From sequence record AP017925.1: a stretch of 64,000 nucleotides of DNA; one strand, written 5' to 3'. The notes beneath the pieces are model-generated. The model saw nothing but the letters and a program-made list of their open reading frames with translations. It had not been told where the DNA came from and searched no databases. This document shows, piece by piece, positions 28,678 through 36,904 of the stretch. Position 1 is the first letter of the stretch. The number at the start of each line of letters is the position of its first letter. Both the position numbers and the translations under genes were made by a program.

Positions 28678-29469
28678 TTACGCGGCGACTTCTTCGGCCT
28701 GCGGAGCGGCCTCGGTCGGGGTCTCGACAGCTTCAGCGCCAGTGACTTCGTGCACAATGGTGCGGATCGAGTTCAGGTTTTCCTGGAGCTTCTGGTTCAG
28801 CTCGGCCGCCAGTTCCGGGTTGACGTGCTGCAGTTCGATCAGCGCTTCTTGCAACTGTTCGGAAGCGTGCACGACCAGCGGCATCAGAGCGCTGTCGTAA
28901 CGTTCCATGAAGTTCACGTAGTCGGAGAAGATGGCGCAGGACTCCATCATCTCCGGCTGGCTCTTCGAGCCGCCTTCCTTGTCCTTGTGACCTTCCTTGA
29001 TCTTGGCCAACTCTTTGGCCAGCGCCAGCGTGTCGCGATTGATGGCGCTGACGTTACGAGCGAGCAGGTTCACGTTACGAACGTGGGAGAGCAGCTCTTG
29101 CTCTTTCAGCAGCGGCACCAGCGCCAGCGAGGTGCGCAGCAGGTCCACGCAGGCCAGATAGATGCCATTGACTTCGTCCCAGGCCTTGTTATCAGAGAAG
29201 TATTGGTCAGCGTGCTTCTGCCAGCTACGCTTCTCACCCTTCTTGGTTTTAGCGTGACCACCCACGGGAGTAGCGACAGCCGCAGCAGCGGCATCGGCCA
29301 GCATCTTGCGAGCACGCGGATTCGGTACGGCTTGTGCGGCGGTCAGCACCTGACCCATCGTGGCCACAGCCGCGACAGCATTCGATTGATGCTGCAGCTC
29401 CTTGAGCTGTGCAGCCTTCGTCTTGGGCCACTTGATGCCCGGATTCTTCGGTTTGTGTTTCTTAGCCAT
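28678..29469 (-). CDS. conserved helical hypothetical protein
   Basis: 263 aa, basic N-terminus, coiled-coil body. Confidence 0.6.
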   Translation of the reverse strand: MAKKHKPKNPGIKWPKTKAAQLKELQHQSNAVAAVATMGQVLTAAQAVPNPRARKMLADAAAAAVATPVGGHAKTKKGEKRSWQKHADQYFSDNKAWDEVNGIYLACVDLLRTSLALVPLLKEQELLSHVRNVNLLARNVSAINRDTLALAKELAKIKEGHKDKEGGSKSQPEMMESCAIFSDYVNFMERYDSALMPLVVHASEQLQEALIELQHVNPELAAELNQKLQENLNSIRTIVHEVTGAEAVETPTEAAPQAEEVAA

Positions 29470-29648
29470 GATGGTATTTGATAATTCGGGAAGTTGATGG
29501 GAACATGTAATGAGGCGAATCTTTTGAAACGTCTTTTGAAGACGCCGCCATTACCGCACTACAGAATGTTCAAGGCGAGGTAAATAAATACATGCAAACT
29601 ATTTACCGTAGTTTTGTGCACCTATACAAAGAGATGAGGATGTAAGAA

Positions 29649-30527
29649 ATGCTCGCTATCCTGCAAGACCACCTTAGCTTGACAGTGCCGCCTGAATTGC
29701 AGGCACTGTACGAGCGTGCCTGCGATATGTTCGATCAATACGATCTGGAAGACTACCAGCTCGGTTACGAAGATTTGCTGGTAAGCTCCGACGGCGCAGT
29801 CGATCATGCTAGCGTGGCTGATAACGACGCGATCTGGCGCCTGACTATGCAGTACCTTAAACAGATCACCACCGAACACCAGATCACTCTGAGCGACGAC
29901 GCTACGATGCTCAACTACATCGTGGTGCTGGAATTCATCAAACAAATCGAGCGCACCGAACTGATCCAGGAATGTCTGGATGCACTGTCCTGCGATGACC
30001 TCGACAACGTCGACAAGTTCACCCGCTGCATGTTCGACGTCAGTGGTGTACTGGAAGAAGACAGCATGGTGTTCATGCTGGATATCCCGGATTGCGTGAT
30101 CGCTACCATGCGCGAATACTTCTCTCGCCGAGTAGAGCTGGAAGTCGAAACTGAGCGCCTCGATCCTGAGACCAAGGAAGTCTATCGCGAGATGGACAAG
30201 TACGCTCGGGTAATCCAAGGTCAAGAGATGCGCAGTTACCGTTACCTCTTTGAAGATGAAGGGACTATCGGCCTGCCATTCGAACACCATTACCGGGAGA
30301 ACGAGGACTATCTGCTCCAGCTCCCACTCCAAGCCATGATCTACGAATGCATTGGCTATGCACTCGTGTCTGAAGGTGGCGTGGAGAATCCGCAACAGGT
30401 CATCATGGACTGTGTGGGTAAAACCATCTCTGATCTGGAACGTCTCACCACAATCCAGTACGAAATTTCCAAGACCCTGATCGAATACCGGAATGAGGTC
30501 GCTTCTGGTATTGGCATCGTCATTTAA
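29649..30527 (+). CDS. conserved hypothetical protein upstream of vRNAP beta-prime fragment (phiKZ gp79-like by synteny)
   Basis: Acidic 292-aa ORF with GAGGA SD, coupled to 30537. Confidence 0.6.
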   Translation: MLAILQDHLSLTVPPELQALYERACDMFDQYDLEDYQLGYEDLLVSSDGAVDHASVADNDAIWRLTMQYLKQITTEHQITLSDDATMLNYIVVLEFIKQIERTELIQECLDALSCDDLDNVDKFTRCMFDVSGVLEEDSMVFMLDIPDCVIATMREYFSRRVELEVETERLDPETKEVYREMDKYARVIQGQEMRSYRYLFEDEGTIGLPFEHHYRENEDYLLQLPLQAMIYECIGYALVSEGGVENPQQVIMDCVGKTISDLERLTTIQYEISKTLIEYRNEVASGIGIVI

Positions 30528-30536
30528 AGTCCCGTT

Positions 30537-31865
30537 ATGAACAAGCGTGAGTTTTATCTCAAAGCTCTAGCCTCCGAGGCTTACCTCGTGACGGCCTGGA
30601 ACATTGCTTGCTTCAGTCTGATTGCCGAAGGGCCGGAAGACTGGAAAGCCAAGCCCTATCCGTATCGACTGGTGCAACTCCCCAACGCGCACTACTTCGT
30701 CGATCCTGAAGACACCACCAAACTGGTGTTGATCGAAGACAGCACACCCGGCAAACCACTCTTTGTCCGCAATGAGCTGGTGCAGCTTGAACCCGGCGAT
30801 ATGCCGAACGTGTTTGCTCCGATTACCACCACGTACGGTAACGTGCTGGCCAACCAGATCATGCTGGTGCGTCCGTTCGGTGGGAAGATCGGTTTTATGA
30901 CTGGCCGTATCTCGACCAAGAAGATCGAGAAGATCATCGAGATGCGGTTGCAGGATCGTCCGGCGGCTGAACTGGTAGATGGCAATCAGCCCGAACCAGA
31001 TTTGGCACTGGCCCCGATCTACGTAGATGAGTATCAGCGCTACTGCGACGGAGCTTTCTCACTGGTAGCCTATACCCAGCTGTTCACTCCAGCCGATACC
31101 CGCAAGACCATGACACCGCCACCGGGTATCAAGCAACTGCGTGATATGCTGGTCAAGCAGAACGCTGGTCACCTGCATGACCGTGCTGTGGTGGCTGAGA
31201 TCGCCGAGAAACTCCAAAAGGTCGATGCTGACTACCTGAAGGGCGATCGTGGTGAAGACTTCCTGACTTCTGACAAGTCCCGCAAGATCGTGCGCTCACG
31301 TCTGTTCCTGATGTACGGTGCGGAAACCGGCATTGAAGAAAAGGTGGACGTGGATCTGATCGAACGCTCACTCACGGAAGGCTGGGACGTTAACAAGTTC
31401 CCGACCATGAACAATGCTCTGCGTGCAGGCTCGTTCAACCGTGGTAAGCAAACCGAGCTGGGTGGCGAAGCTGTGAAGGATCTGTTCAGAGCTTCGGGTA
31501 ACCTGAAGATCTCCAGTCCTGACTGTGGCTCCACCGTAGGTCTGCCTTCCTTCTTCACTGAACAAGACGCTGAACGCATCATCGGCTTCAGTGTGATTGA
31601 AGAAGGTGGCCCGACCAAGATCACGCATGACAACGTCGGTAAGTATCTGGGCAAAGCAATTTCGCTCCGTTCTCCGATGACCTGCAAGAACAGTCACACT
31701 GACTACTGTGCAGTGTGTCTGGGTGATCGTCTGGCTAACACTCCGACTGGTCTGTCGATGGCTGTGGCTGATTATGGTTCTGCCTTCTTGGCGATCTACA
31801 TGTCTGCCGCTCACTCGAAAGGTATTCAGGTAGCACGTCTGAATATCAAAGACCAGCTGATGTAG
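30537..31865 (+). CDS. virion RNA polymerase beta-prime fragment (phiKZ gp80-like)
   Basis: DCGST and RSPMTC...YCAVCLG zinc-binding motifs of RNAP beta-prime C-terminal region. Confidence 0.8.
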   Translation: MNKREFYLKALASEAYLVTAWNIACFSLIAEGPEDWKAKPYPYRLVQLPNAHYFVDPEDTTKLVLIEDSTPGKPLFVRNELVQLEPGDMPNVFAPITTTYGNVLANQIMLVRPFGGKIGFMTGRISTKKIEKIIEMRLQDRPAAELVDGNQPEPDLALAPIYVDEYQRYCDGAFSLVAYTQLFTPADTRKTMTPPPGIKQLRDMLVKQNAGHLHDRAVVAEIAEKLQKVDADYLKGDRGEDFLTSDKSRKIVRSRLFLMYGAETGIEEKVDVDLIERSLTEGWDVNKFPTMNNALRAGSFNRGKQTELGGEAVKDLFRASGNLKISSPDCGSTVGLPSFFTEQDAERIIGFSVIEEGGPTKITHDNVGKYLGKAISLRSPMTCKNSHTDYCAVCLGDRLANTPTGLSMAVADYGSAFLAIYMSAAHSKGIQVARLNIKDQLM

Positions 31866-31954
31866 GGCAAAAAAAAAATAGCAAGATAGGCTAGGCTAGA
31901 GTACCCCTTCCGGGGTACTCTAGTTATGCCGCTTTATTTAGAATTAGTTAGTTA

Positions 31955-32125
31955 TTAAACACCACCGCAGTCCGGACAGCAATCATAACCTACTGCACCA
32001 GGTCCATACATTTCTTCGTACGGGATCAAGGGCTTGGTTGAACCACAATACCCACACCGGTATTGGTAGACGGTATCCGTTTCTTTTTCCAAAGATGTTT
32101 CTTTTGTTTCGTGGTTCGTGCACAT
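31955..32125 (-). CDS. small zinc-ribbon protein (56 aa, absent from the ORF track)
   Basis: Manual translation MCTNHETKETSLEKETDTVYQYRCGYCGSTKPLIPYEEMYGPGAVGYDCCPDCGGV; CxxC...CPxC; AGGAAGG SD. Confidence 0.6.
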   Translation of the reverse strand: MCTNHETKETSLEKETDTVYQYRCGYCGSTKPLIPYEEMYGPGAVGYDCCPDCGGV

Positions 32126-32254
32126 GCTGGTTCCCTTCCTATTTAGAATTAGAATTTAAACCATATCCGTTTATGGTTCACACTGAGTATATGTGGTTGA
32201 AATAAATTTCATTTAACCGGCATAAAGGGAGGGCCGAAGCCCTCCCCTCGTTAC

Positions 32255-32821
32255 TTAGTACGGAAAATCAGCCTTCTTGATCTTCACCATGCGACCATCA
32301 GCGTGATGCCACACGATGCCCTCAATCGGCTTATCACTCAGGTAGTCCATCAGTTCATTAAAGCTGCGCGGGCAATCCACCAGCACGTCTTCTCCGTGAG
32401 GCACTAGCACGTGTTCAGTGAGTTGCTCCGGATTGGCTCCATGACGAGTACCAATCTTCGGACCACACACTTCATACGTCCCGTCAGGCACGCCTTGCGG
32501 ATACCTAGAGACCGCTTTGTCGATCGCTTCACGGATATAAACGGAGTCAGGACCAGTAGCAGGCACCCAACCCGGCCAGTGTCCACTGATAGGGTCCGGA
32601 TTAGGCTGAGCAGGAACAAAGTCTAGAGGCGGAGTACGCCCAGTCTTTGCATCGTAACGCTTAAACACATTACCTGCCTTAACCATAACAGCTACGCCAT
32701 CCCACTTACGAGTAGCACAGCCTTCCCCTTCCTGTACCCATTCTGCACCAGCACAGACTTCGTCACGAACTTTACGGTTACCTTCGTAGTTACGCTGAAA
32801 CAGCGAAATGATTTTCTTCAC
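32255..32821 (-). CDS. ATP-dependent RNA ligase-like nucleotidyltransferase (DUF5565 / RLIG1-C12orf29-like), GTG start
   Basis: Motif I RKWDG, GHWPGWVP, TYEVCGPK, LVPHG, motif IV EGIVWHH and motif V MVKIKK; GAAGGA SD before GTG 32821. Confidence 0.8.
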   Translation of the reverse strand: MKKIISLFQRNYEGNRKVRDEVCAGAEWVQEGEGCATRKWDGVAVMVKAGNVFKRYDAKTGRTPPLDFVPAQPNPDPISGHWPGWVPATGPDSVYIREAIDKAVSRYPQGVPDGTYEVCGPKIGTRHGANPEQLTEHVLVPHGEDVLVDCPRSFNELMDYLSDKPIEGIVWHHADGRMVKIKKADFPY

Positions 32822-32898
32822 GATACTTCCTTCGGTAGGTTTCGATAATTTTTCGAATCCCATCTCCACCACCGAAGTTACTTCTACTGCTACTGCCA

Positions 32899-32924
32899 GC
32901 ATAAGCGAGAGGTTTCCCTCCCGC
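32899..32924 (-). terminator. hairpin between tRNA-like RNA and ligase gene
   Basis: GCGGGAGGGAAACCTCTCGC followed by TTATGC on the minus strand. Confidence 0.6.
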
Positions 32925-32951
32925 CTACGGTTAGGTTGTTTGGTCATTGCT

Positions 32952-33130
32952 TTCTGAGGGAGGATTCGAACCTCCAATTTTGGTCTGAGACCGGACCCAA
33001 CGACAGGCCGACTGTGTTGCTGCGTCCGAGAACGCAACCCTTGCTAGAATTCACAGCCCTGCAGATTTCCTCTTCCAGCCCTAAGGCGTTCAAGTACAGT
33101 CCACGTGTATACCAATTCCACCACTCATCA
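32952..33130 (-). ncRNA. tRNA-like RNA with 102-nt insertion replacing the anticodon loop
   Basis: D-arm GTGGAATTGGTATACAC, anticodon stem TGGAC/GTCCG, 16-nt variable region, T-arm GGAGG-TTCGAAT-CCTCC, partial acceptor stem TGAG/CTCA, no CCA. Confidence 0.65.
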
Positions 33131-33187
33131 ACCTAACGGAGAGACCTACGGTTTCTCCCTATCAAATTAACCAACCCTGTAAAAAAG

Positions 33188-33487
33188 TTACATACTGGTC
33201 AAGATCTTCTCCGACAGCACCACGACCGGAGAATACATCTTGAGTGTCTTCTCATGGTCATTCCCTTCTTCGAGCTTCAGCTCGCTCAAGGTGTACTCGT
33301 TCTCGACCATGACCTCGACGTGGTCTTGCAACAGGTCTTTGATCATGGAGAGAATAGCAGTCTTGCCACTACCGATCTTTCCTTCGATCGTGATCTTTAC
33401 AATCGGCTTAGCATTGCCAGCCAACAGCACGTCATCAGCAAGACTGATGACAGGAGTCTGACGAACTGCGGGTTCTTGATTCTGCAT
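33188..33487 (-). CDS. small P-loop protein (kinase-like, short)
   Basis: ITIEGKIGSGKT Walker A as in nucleoside/nucleotide kinases; only 99 aa; AGGAG SD. Confidence 0.6.
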   Translation of the reverse strand: MQNQEPAVRQTPVISLADDVLLAGNAKPIVKITIEGKIGSGKTAILSMIKDLLQDHVEVMVENEYTLSELKLEEGNDHEKTLKMYSPVVVLSEKILTSM

Positions 33488-33676
33488 GGTGTTCTCCTTT
33501 ACGGTGTGGTGAATACTAATAACTTAGTCTCGTAGTAAAAATTGCATGTCTCGTAAGTTATTGATTATAATAGAGATAGTGGGTCGACTCCTTAACGATG
33601 GCTTGGTTTCTGTGAAAATTACAGAACACTTTAATCTCATGCGAGTGCGTAATATCGCTCGTGGGGTTGGTGCGAA

Positions 33677-34015
33677 ATGCACGCCAGAGGCGTGGGCTTT
33701 ATTAAGCTTATATACAAGAGGGGTCATCCTTCTTATAGACACTGGCAGGAGTCAGTGCTCCTTAGCTATTCACTACTGACGGAGGAAGACATGGGCTGTG
33801 CAGAGATCATGGAGTCGACTACGCTAGAAGAGGAGGAGTGTCTCGCTATCCTCTATCCGTGGCAGTGTTGGTCGAAGGGAATGACTCAGTATGAAGAGTT
33901 TCGTTCTCTGGAAGAGATGGCGAAAGCCAAGGCTCTGAGTGTGGACGTGATCATGGATGCCATTGCAAGCAACAAGGGCAATCTGGATGACCTGCACTTC
34001 GTGAAGCGTGCTTAA
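33677..34015 (+). CDS. hypothetical protein, possible C-terminal NUMOD1-like HTH
   Basis: EEFRSLEEMAKAKALSVDVIMDAI resembles NUMOD1-type helices; start uncertain. Confidence 0.35.
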   Translation: MHARGVGFIKLIYKRGHPSYRHWQESVLLSYSLLTEEDMGCAEIMESTTLEEEECLAILYPWQCWSKGMTQYEEFRSLEEMAKAKALSVDVIMDAIASNKGNLDDLHFVKRA

Positions 34016-34110
34016 GTCGACGAGGGTGGGTGACGCCACTCTCGTTTATGCCGCCTATTAGTTGGAGTGACCTATTGTCCTCTCTTCCATCAACCATCGA
34101 GATAAAACTC

Positions 34111-34470
34111 ATGTTTAGCTTCCTTCACTTTACCTTCCCTGTGTTGTTGTTCATCCTGATCGCTGGTCACTGCTTTGGTGACTTTGTGTTCCAAGGCGAC
34201 TTCATGGCCAAGACCAAGAACCACAAGCTGGAACCTGATCCATGCTTCTGGGTGCCGGTACTGCTTGCTCACTGCATGGTGCATGCACTTCTGGTGCTCC
34301 TGATCACTGGTGTGTTCTGGACAGCTATCGTCATGCTGGTAACTCACATCCTGATCGACTTTGCCAAGTGTCAAGGTTGGTTGGGTAAGGGAGGTTTGGC
34401 CTTCTTGGCTGACCAATTGCTGCATCTGTTCGTGGTGATTATGATCGCTGTGCAACTTACGCTGTTATAA
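34111..34470 (+). CDS. DUF3307-family membrane protein (start moved to MFSFL)
   Basis: HxxGDFxxQ, LxxHxxxH, HxxID and DQxLH motifs within hydrophobic helices. Confidence 0.75.
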   Translation: MFSFLHFTFPVLLFILIAGHCFGDFVFQGDFMAKTKNHKLEPDPCFWVPVLLAHCMVHALLVLLITGVFWTAIVMLVTHILIDFAKCQGWLGKGGLAFLADQLLHLFVVIMIAVQLTLL

Positions 34471-34580
34471 TAGCTGTTGCAGCCCTTTTAAAGGCCCTAG
34501 GAGCGTTTGTTACGCTCCTAGAGTAACTTTGTATGTGGCGCAGGTAGTCACGCTCTAAAGGGCTTTTATAAGGAGTTACC

Positions 34581-35051
34581 GTGAGTTGGCAATGCAAGCT
34601 GATTCCCATCGTAGGGACTAAGCACGTCCGGTTTGATCCGCCGAAAGACAACTGTATCGTTGGCAAGACGTTCTTGGTGCATGAGAACGGAGAGCTACTC
34701 GATCACAAAGAGCTAGAACCGGGATCGATGTTCTTCGTACCGGAGAACGCAGACATGAATGAGTGGCCTTGGTATCTGGCCACTCCGGACAACATCAGCG
34801 ATCTGTACAAAGAAGTCCGTCCGTTGTTCGTGGTATTGCCTGACCAGTCCTTGTTTCTGGTGCATGGCAAGTGCTGGTCGAATGGCCAAAAGTATGGTGG
34901 CTGGACGGTGACTGGTGAAGCACCAGAGATCACTGTTCATCCGTCGATCAATCTGGTCGGCTTCTATCATGGCTGGATTCATAACGGCATCGTGTCGGAT
35001 GATTGCGAAGGACGGCAGTTTCCTCCTAAGCTGATAGACGCCTCAGCATAA
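34581..35051 (+). CDS. hypothetical protein with DUF6527-like C-terminus
   Basis: WTVTGEAPEITVHPSI...YHGWIHNG; AGGAG SD before GTG. Confidence 0.5.
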   Translation: MSWQCKLIPIVGTKHVRFDPPKDNCIVGKTFLVHENGELLDHKELEPGSMFFVPENADMNEWPWYLATPDNISDLYKEVRPLFVVLPDQSLFLVHGKCWSNGQKYGGWTVTGEAPEITVHPSINLVGFYHGWIHNGIVSDDCEGRQFPPKLIDASA

Positions 35052-35124
35052 CCCTATTGTGTGCTTGAGGGTTTGTCCATCCAAACTCAATTTCCACCTC
35101 TTTTATTTCTTGGAGTTTTATTCC

Positions 35125-35901
35125 ATGTCGACCCTGAACACCAAAGCTGGTGCTACCCAGCTGCAAGAAGACATCGCTGCTGAAGACGCAGCTGCGCAAC
35201 AGCAAGAAACCACCACTCCGGTGCAAGAACAGACCGGTACGAGTGACCAGACCGGTCAAGAGCAAACTGCTCAAAGCACCGAAGGCGCTACTGGTGAGCA
35301 AGAAAGCGCTGGTGAACAACAGCAACAGGAAGAGCAAGACATCATCACTCAACCCGTCGCTGTAGAACCGACTGCTCCTGTGGCCAAGTCTGCTCCGGCG
35401 GTCGTGGTGATGGAAGCTGCTGCACCGGTGGCTGCTGATGCTGCCCTGCATGAAAAGCTGGCCGGCATCCTGAAGGACGTGCCGGCGGCACATCAGACCG
35501 ACATCGGTCGCATCCTGACCTACTTGGAGCGCATGGCTCCGAAGCGTCCGGTGGATGTGAAATCCGGCGTGACCGAACAGGTTGCTCTGTACAAGGCCAT
35601 CCAGAACATCATCAACCGCCAGGGTGATTATTTCACTCAGCTGTTCTCGGCCTTGCTGTTCATCTTCAAGAGCGAAGCCCGAGGTGCGCTGAGCGATCGT
35701 TATCGTTGCCGCTTCATGGACAACATCACGCTGGCTGTCGGTGACCGCAAGGCCTTTGTCAACCTGACCCAGATGCTGGCGATCCTGGCTGATCCGAAGA
35801 GCCGTGAACTGGCCATGAAACAAGTGCATATGGAGCGCGCACTGGAAAATGGTCTGACCGTCGAAGGCCGCACTCGCGTGTTGCACTACTTCGGCGTGTA
35901 A
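35125..35901 (+). CDS. conserved phiKZ-like virion protein with acidic/Gln-rich N-terminus (start moved to MSTLN)
   Basis: Disordered E/Q/T-rich N-terminus, helical C-terminal domain, GGAG SD. Confidence 0.6.
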   Translation: MSTLNTKAGATQLQEDIAAEDAAAQQQETTTPVQEQTGTSDQTGQEQTAQSTEGATGEQESAGEQQQQEEQDIITQPVAVEPTAPVAKSAPAVVVMEAAAPVAADAALHEKLAGILKDVPAAHQTDIGRILTYLERMAPKRPVDVKSGVTEQVALYKAIQNIINRQGDYFTQLFSALLFIFKSEARGALSDRYRCRFMDNITLAVGDRKAFVNLTQMLAILADPKSRELAMKQVHMERALENGLTVEGRTRVLHYFGV

Positions 35902-35992
35902 GCACATCTCGAAGTAAGTTTCATATCCTCCCTTCTACCCTCCCACAAAGAGGGTGGAAGGGGTTTATGTCTGTAATAAAGGAATAGTAAAG

Positions 35993-36838
35993 ATGGACAT
36001 GTCTAAGGTAAGCAAGTCCGACGTCGCGCAACTGCAACGTGCTCTGCGTGAGAATGTAGCACCTTCCCTTAACCCGGATGGTGTATGGGGTAATGCCAGC
36101 GTCGCTGCATTTGCGCAATTCGCTCAAACAACCGGTACGGACGAAGCAGGTGCAATGGCGCTGTTGCACAAGTACGCAGATCTGCGCTATGTGAACGATG
36201 ACGCCTATGCTCAAGCAGCCAAGGCGCTGGGTGTACCACAGAGTTACGTGCGTGCCATTCAGCAAGTGGAAACTACGGGCTCCTCGTTCCTGCCAGATGG
36301 CCGAGTGAAGATCCTCTTTGAGCGGCAATGGTTCTACCAGAAGCTCAAGGGTGCTATCGCTTCGAACGCTGCTACGCGCGCTAACGTAGCAGCCAAGCTG
36401 AAATCCACCGCTACTGACGTTGCCACGCTGATGACCCAGATGGTGCAACAGTTCGGTGACATCTGCAATCCGGTGCGTGGTGGTTACCAAGGCGGTGCCG
36501 CTGAGTGGGATCGTCTGAACAAGGCAATGGACTTCGACGTTGAGTCTGGTGCTCAGGCCGCCAGTTACGGTGGCTACCAGCTGATGGGCTTCAACTACAA
36601 GGGCTGTGGTTACAGCTCCGGTAAAGCCATGATGCTGGCGCTGGCTGCTTCGGAATCGTGCCAGTTCTTGGCGATGATTTCGTTCATCAAGTCGAACCCC
36701 AATCTCTGGAGTTCGTTCAAGGCTGCAAACTGGGCTGCTTTTGCTGAGGGCTACAACGGCTCCCAGTACAAGCAGAACAACTACGACACCAAGCTGGCCT
36801 CGGCAGAGCAGTCTTCACGTTCGTACAACGTCGCTTAG
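35993..36838 (+). CDS. modular endolysin: peptidoglycan-binding domain plus DUF3380 N-acetylmuramidase
   Basis: LQRAL..DGVWG PG-binding motif; AIQQVET, KILFERQWFY, SYGGYQLMGFN, FAEGYNG and YDTKL motifs. Confidence 0.88.
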   Translation: MDMSKVSKSDVAQLQRALRENVAPSLNPDGVWGNASVAAFAQFAQTTGTDEAGAMALLHKYADLRYVNDDAYAQAAKALGVPQSYVRAIQQVETTGSSFLPDGRVKILFERQWFYQKLKGAIASNAATRANVAAKLKSTATDVATLMTQMVQQFGDICNPVRGGYQGGAAEWDRLNKAMDFDVESGAQAASYGGYQLMGFNYKGCGYSSGKAMMLALAASESCQFLAMISFIKSNPNLWSSFKAANWAAFAEGYNGSQYKQNNYDTKLASAEQSSRSYNVA

Positions 36839-36856
36839 CAGCAAAAAAAAACAGCA

Positions 36857-36899
36857 GCATAAGCGAGAGTACCCCGAAGGGTACTCTCGCTCTTTATGC
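36857..36899. terminator. bidirectional intrinsic terminator
   Basis: Perfect 13-bp stem AGCGAGAGTACCC/GGGTACTCTCGCT with CGAA loop, flanked by GCATAA and TTTATGC. Confidence 0.85.
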
Positions 36900-36904
36900 C
36901 GTTA

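Noticed and set aside
32852-32871. TTCGAATCCCATCTCCACCA on the plus strand, resembling a tRNA or tmRNA 3-prime end
   Set aside because: No T-stem pairing upstream, spacing to CCA is too short, and no matching 5-prime half.
32997-33098. Reading the tRNA insert as a group I intron or as a tmRNA tag region
   Set aside because: At 102 nt it is too short for a group I core, no P7-like motif is visible, no splice choice restores a canonical Y-U-NNN-R anticodon loop, and tmRNA termini and G3-U70 pair are missing.
33546-33779. Overlapping short ORFs around 33.5-33.8 kb
   Set aside because: AT-rich divergent promoter region; ORFs overlap a better candidate at 33677 and have no motifs.
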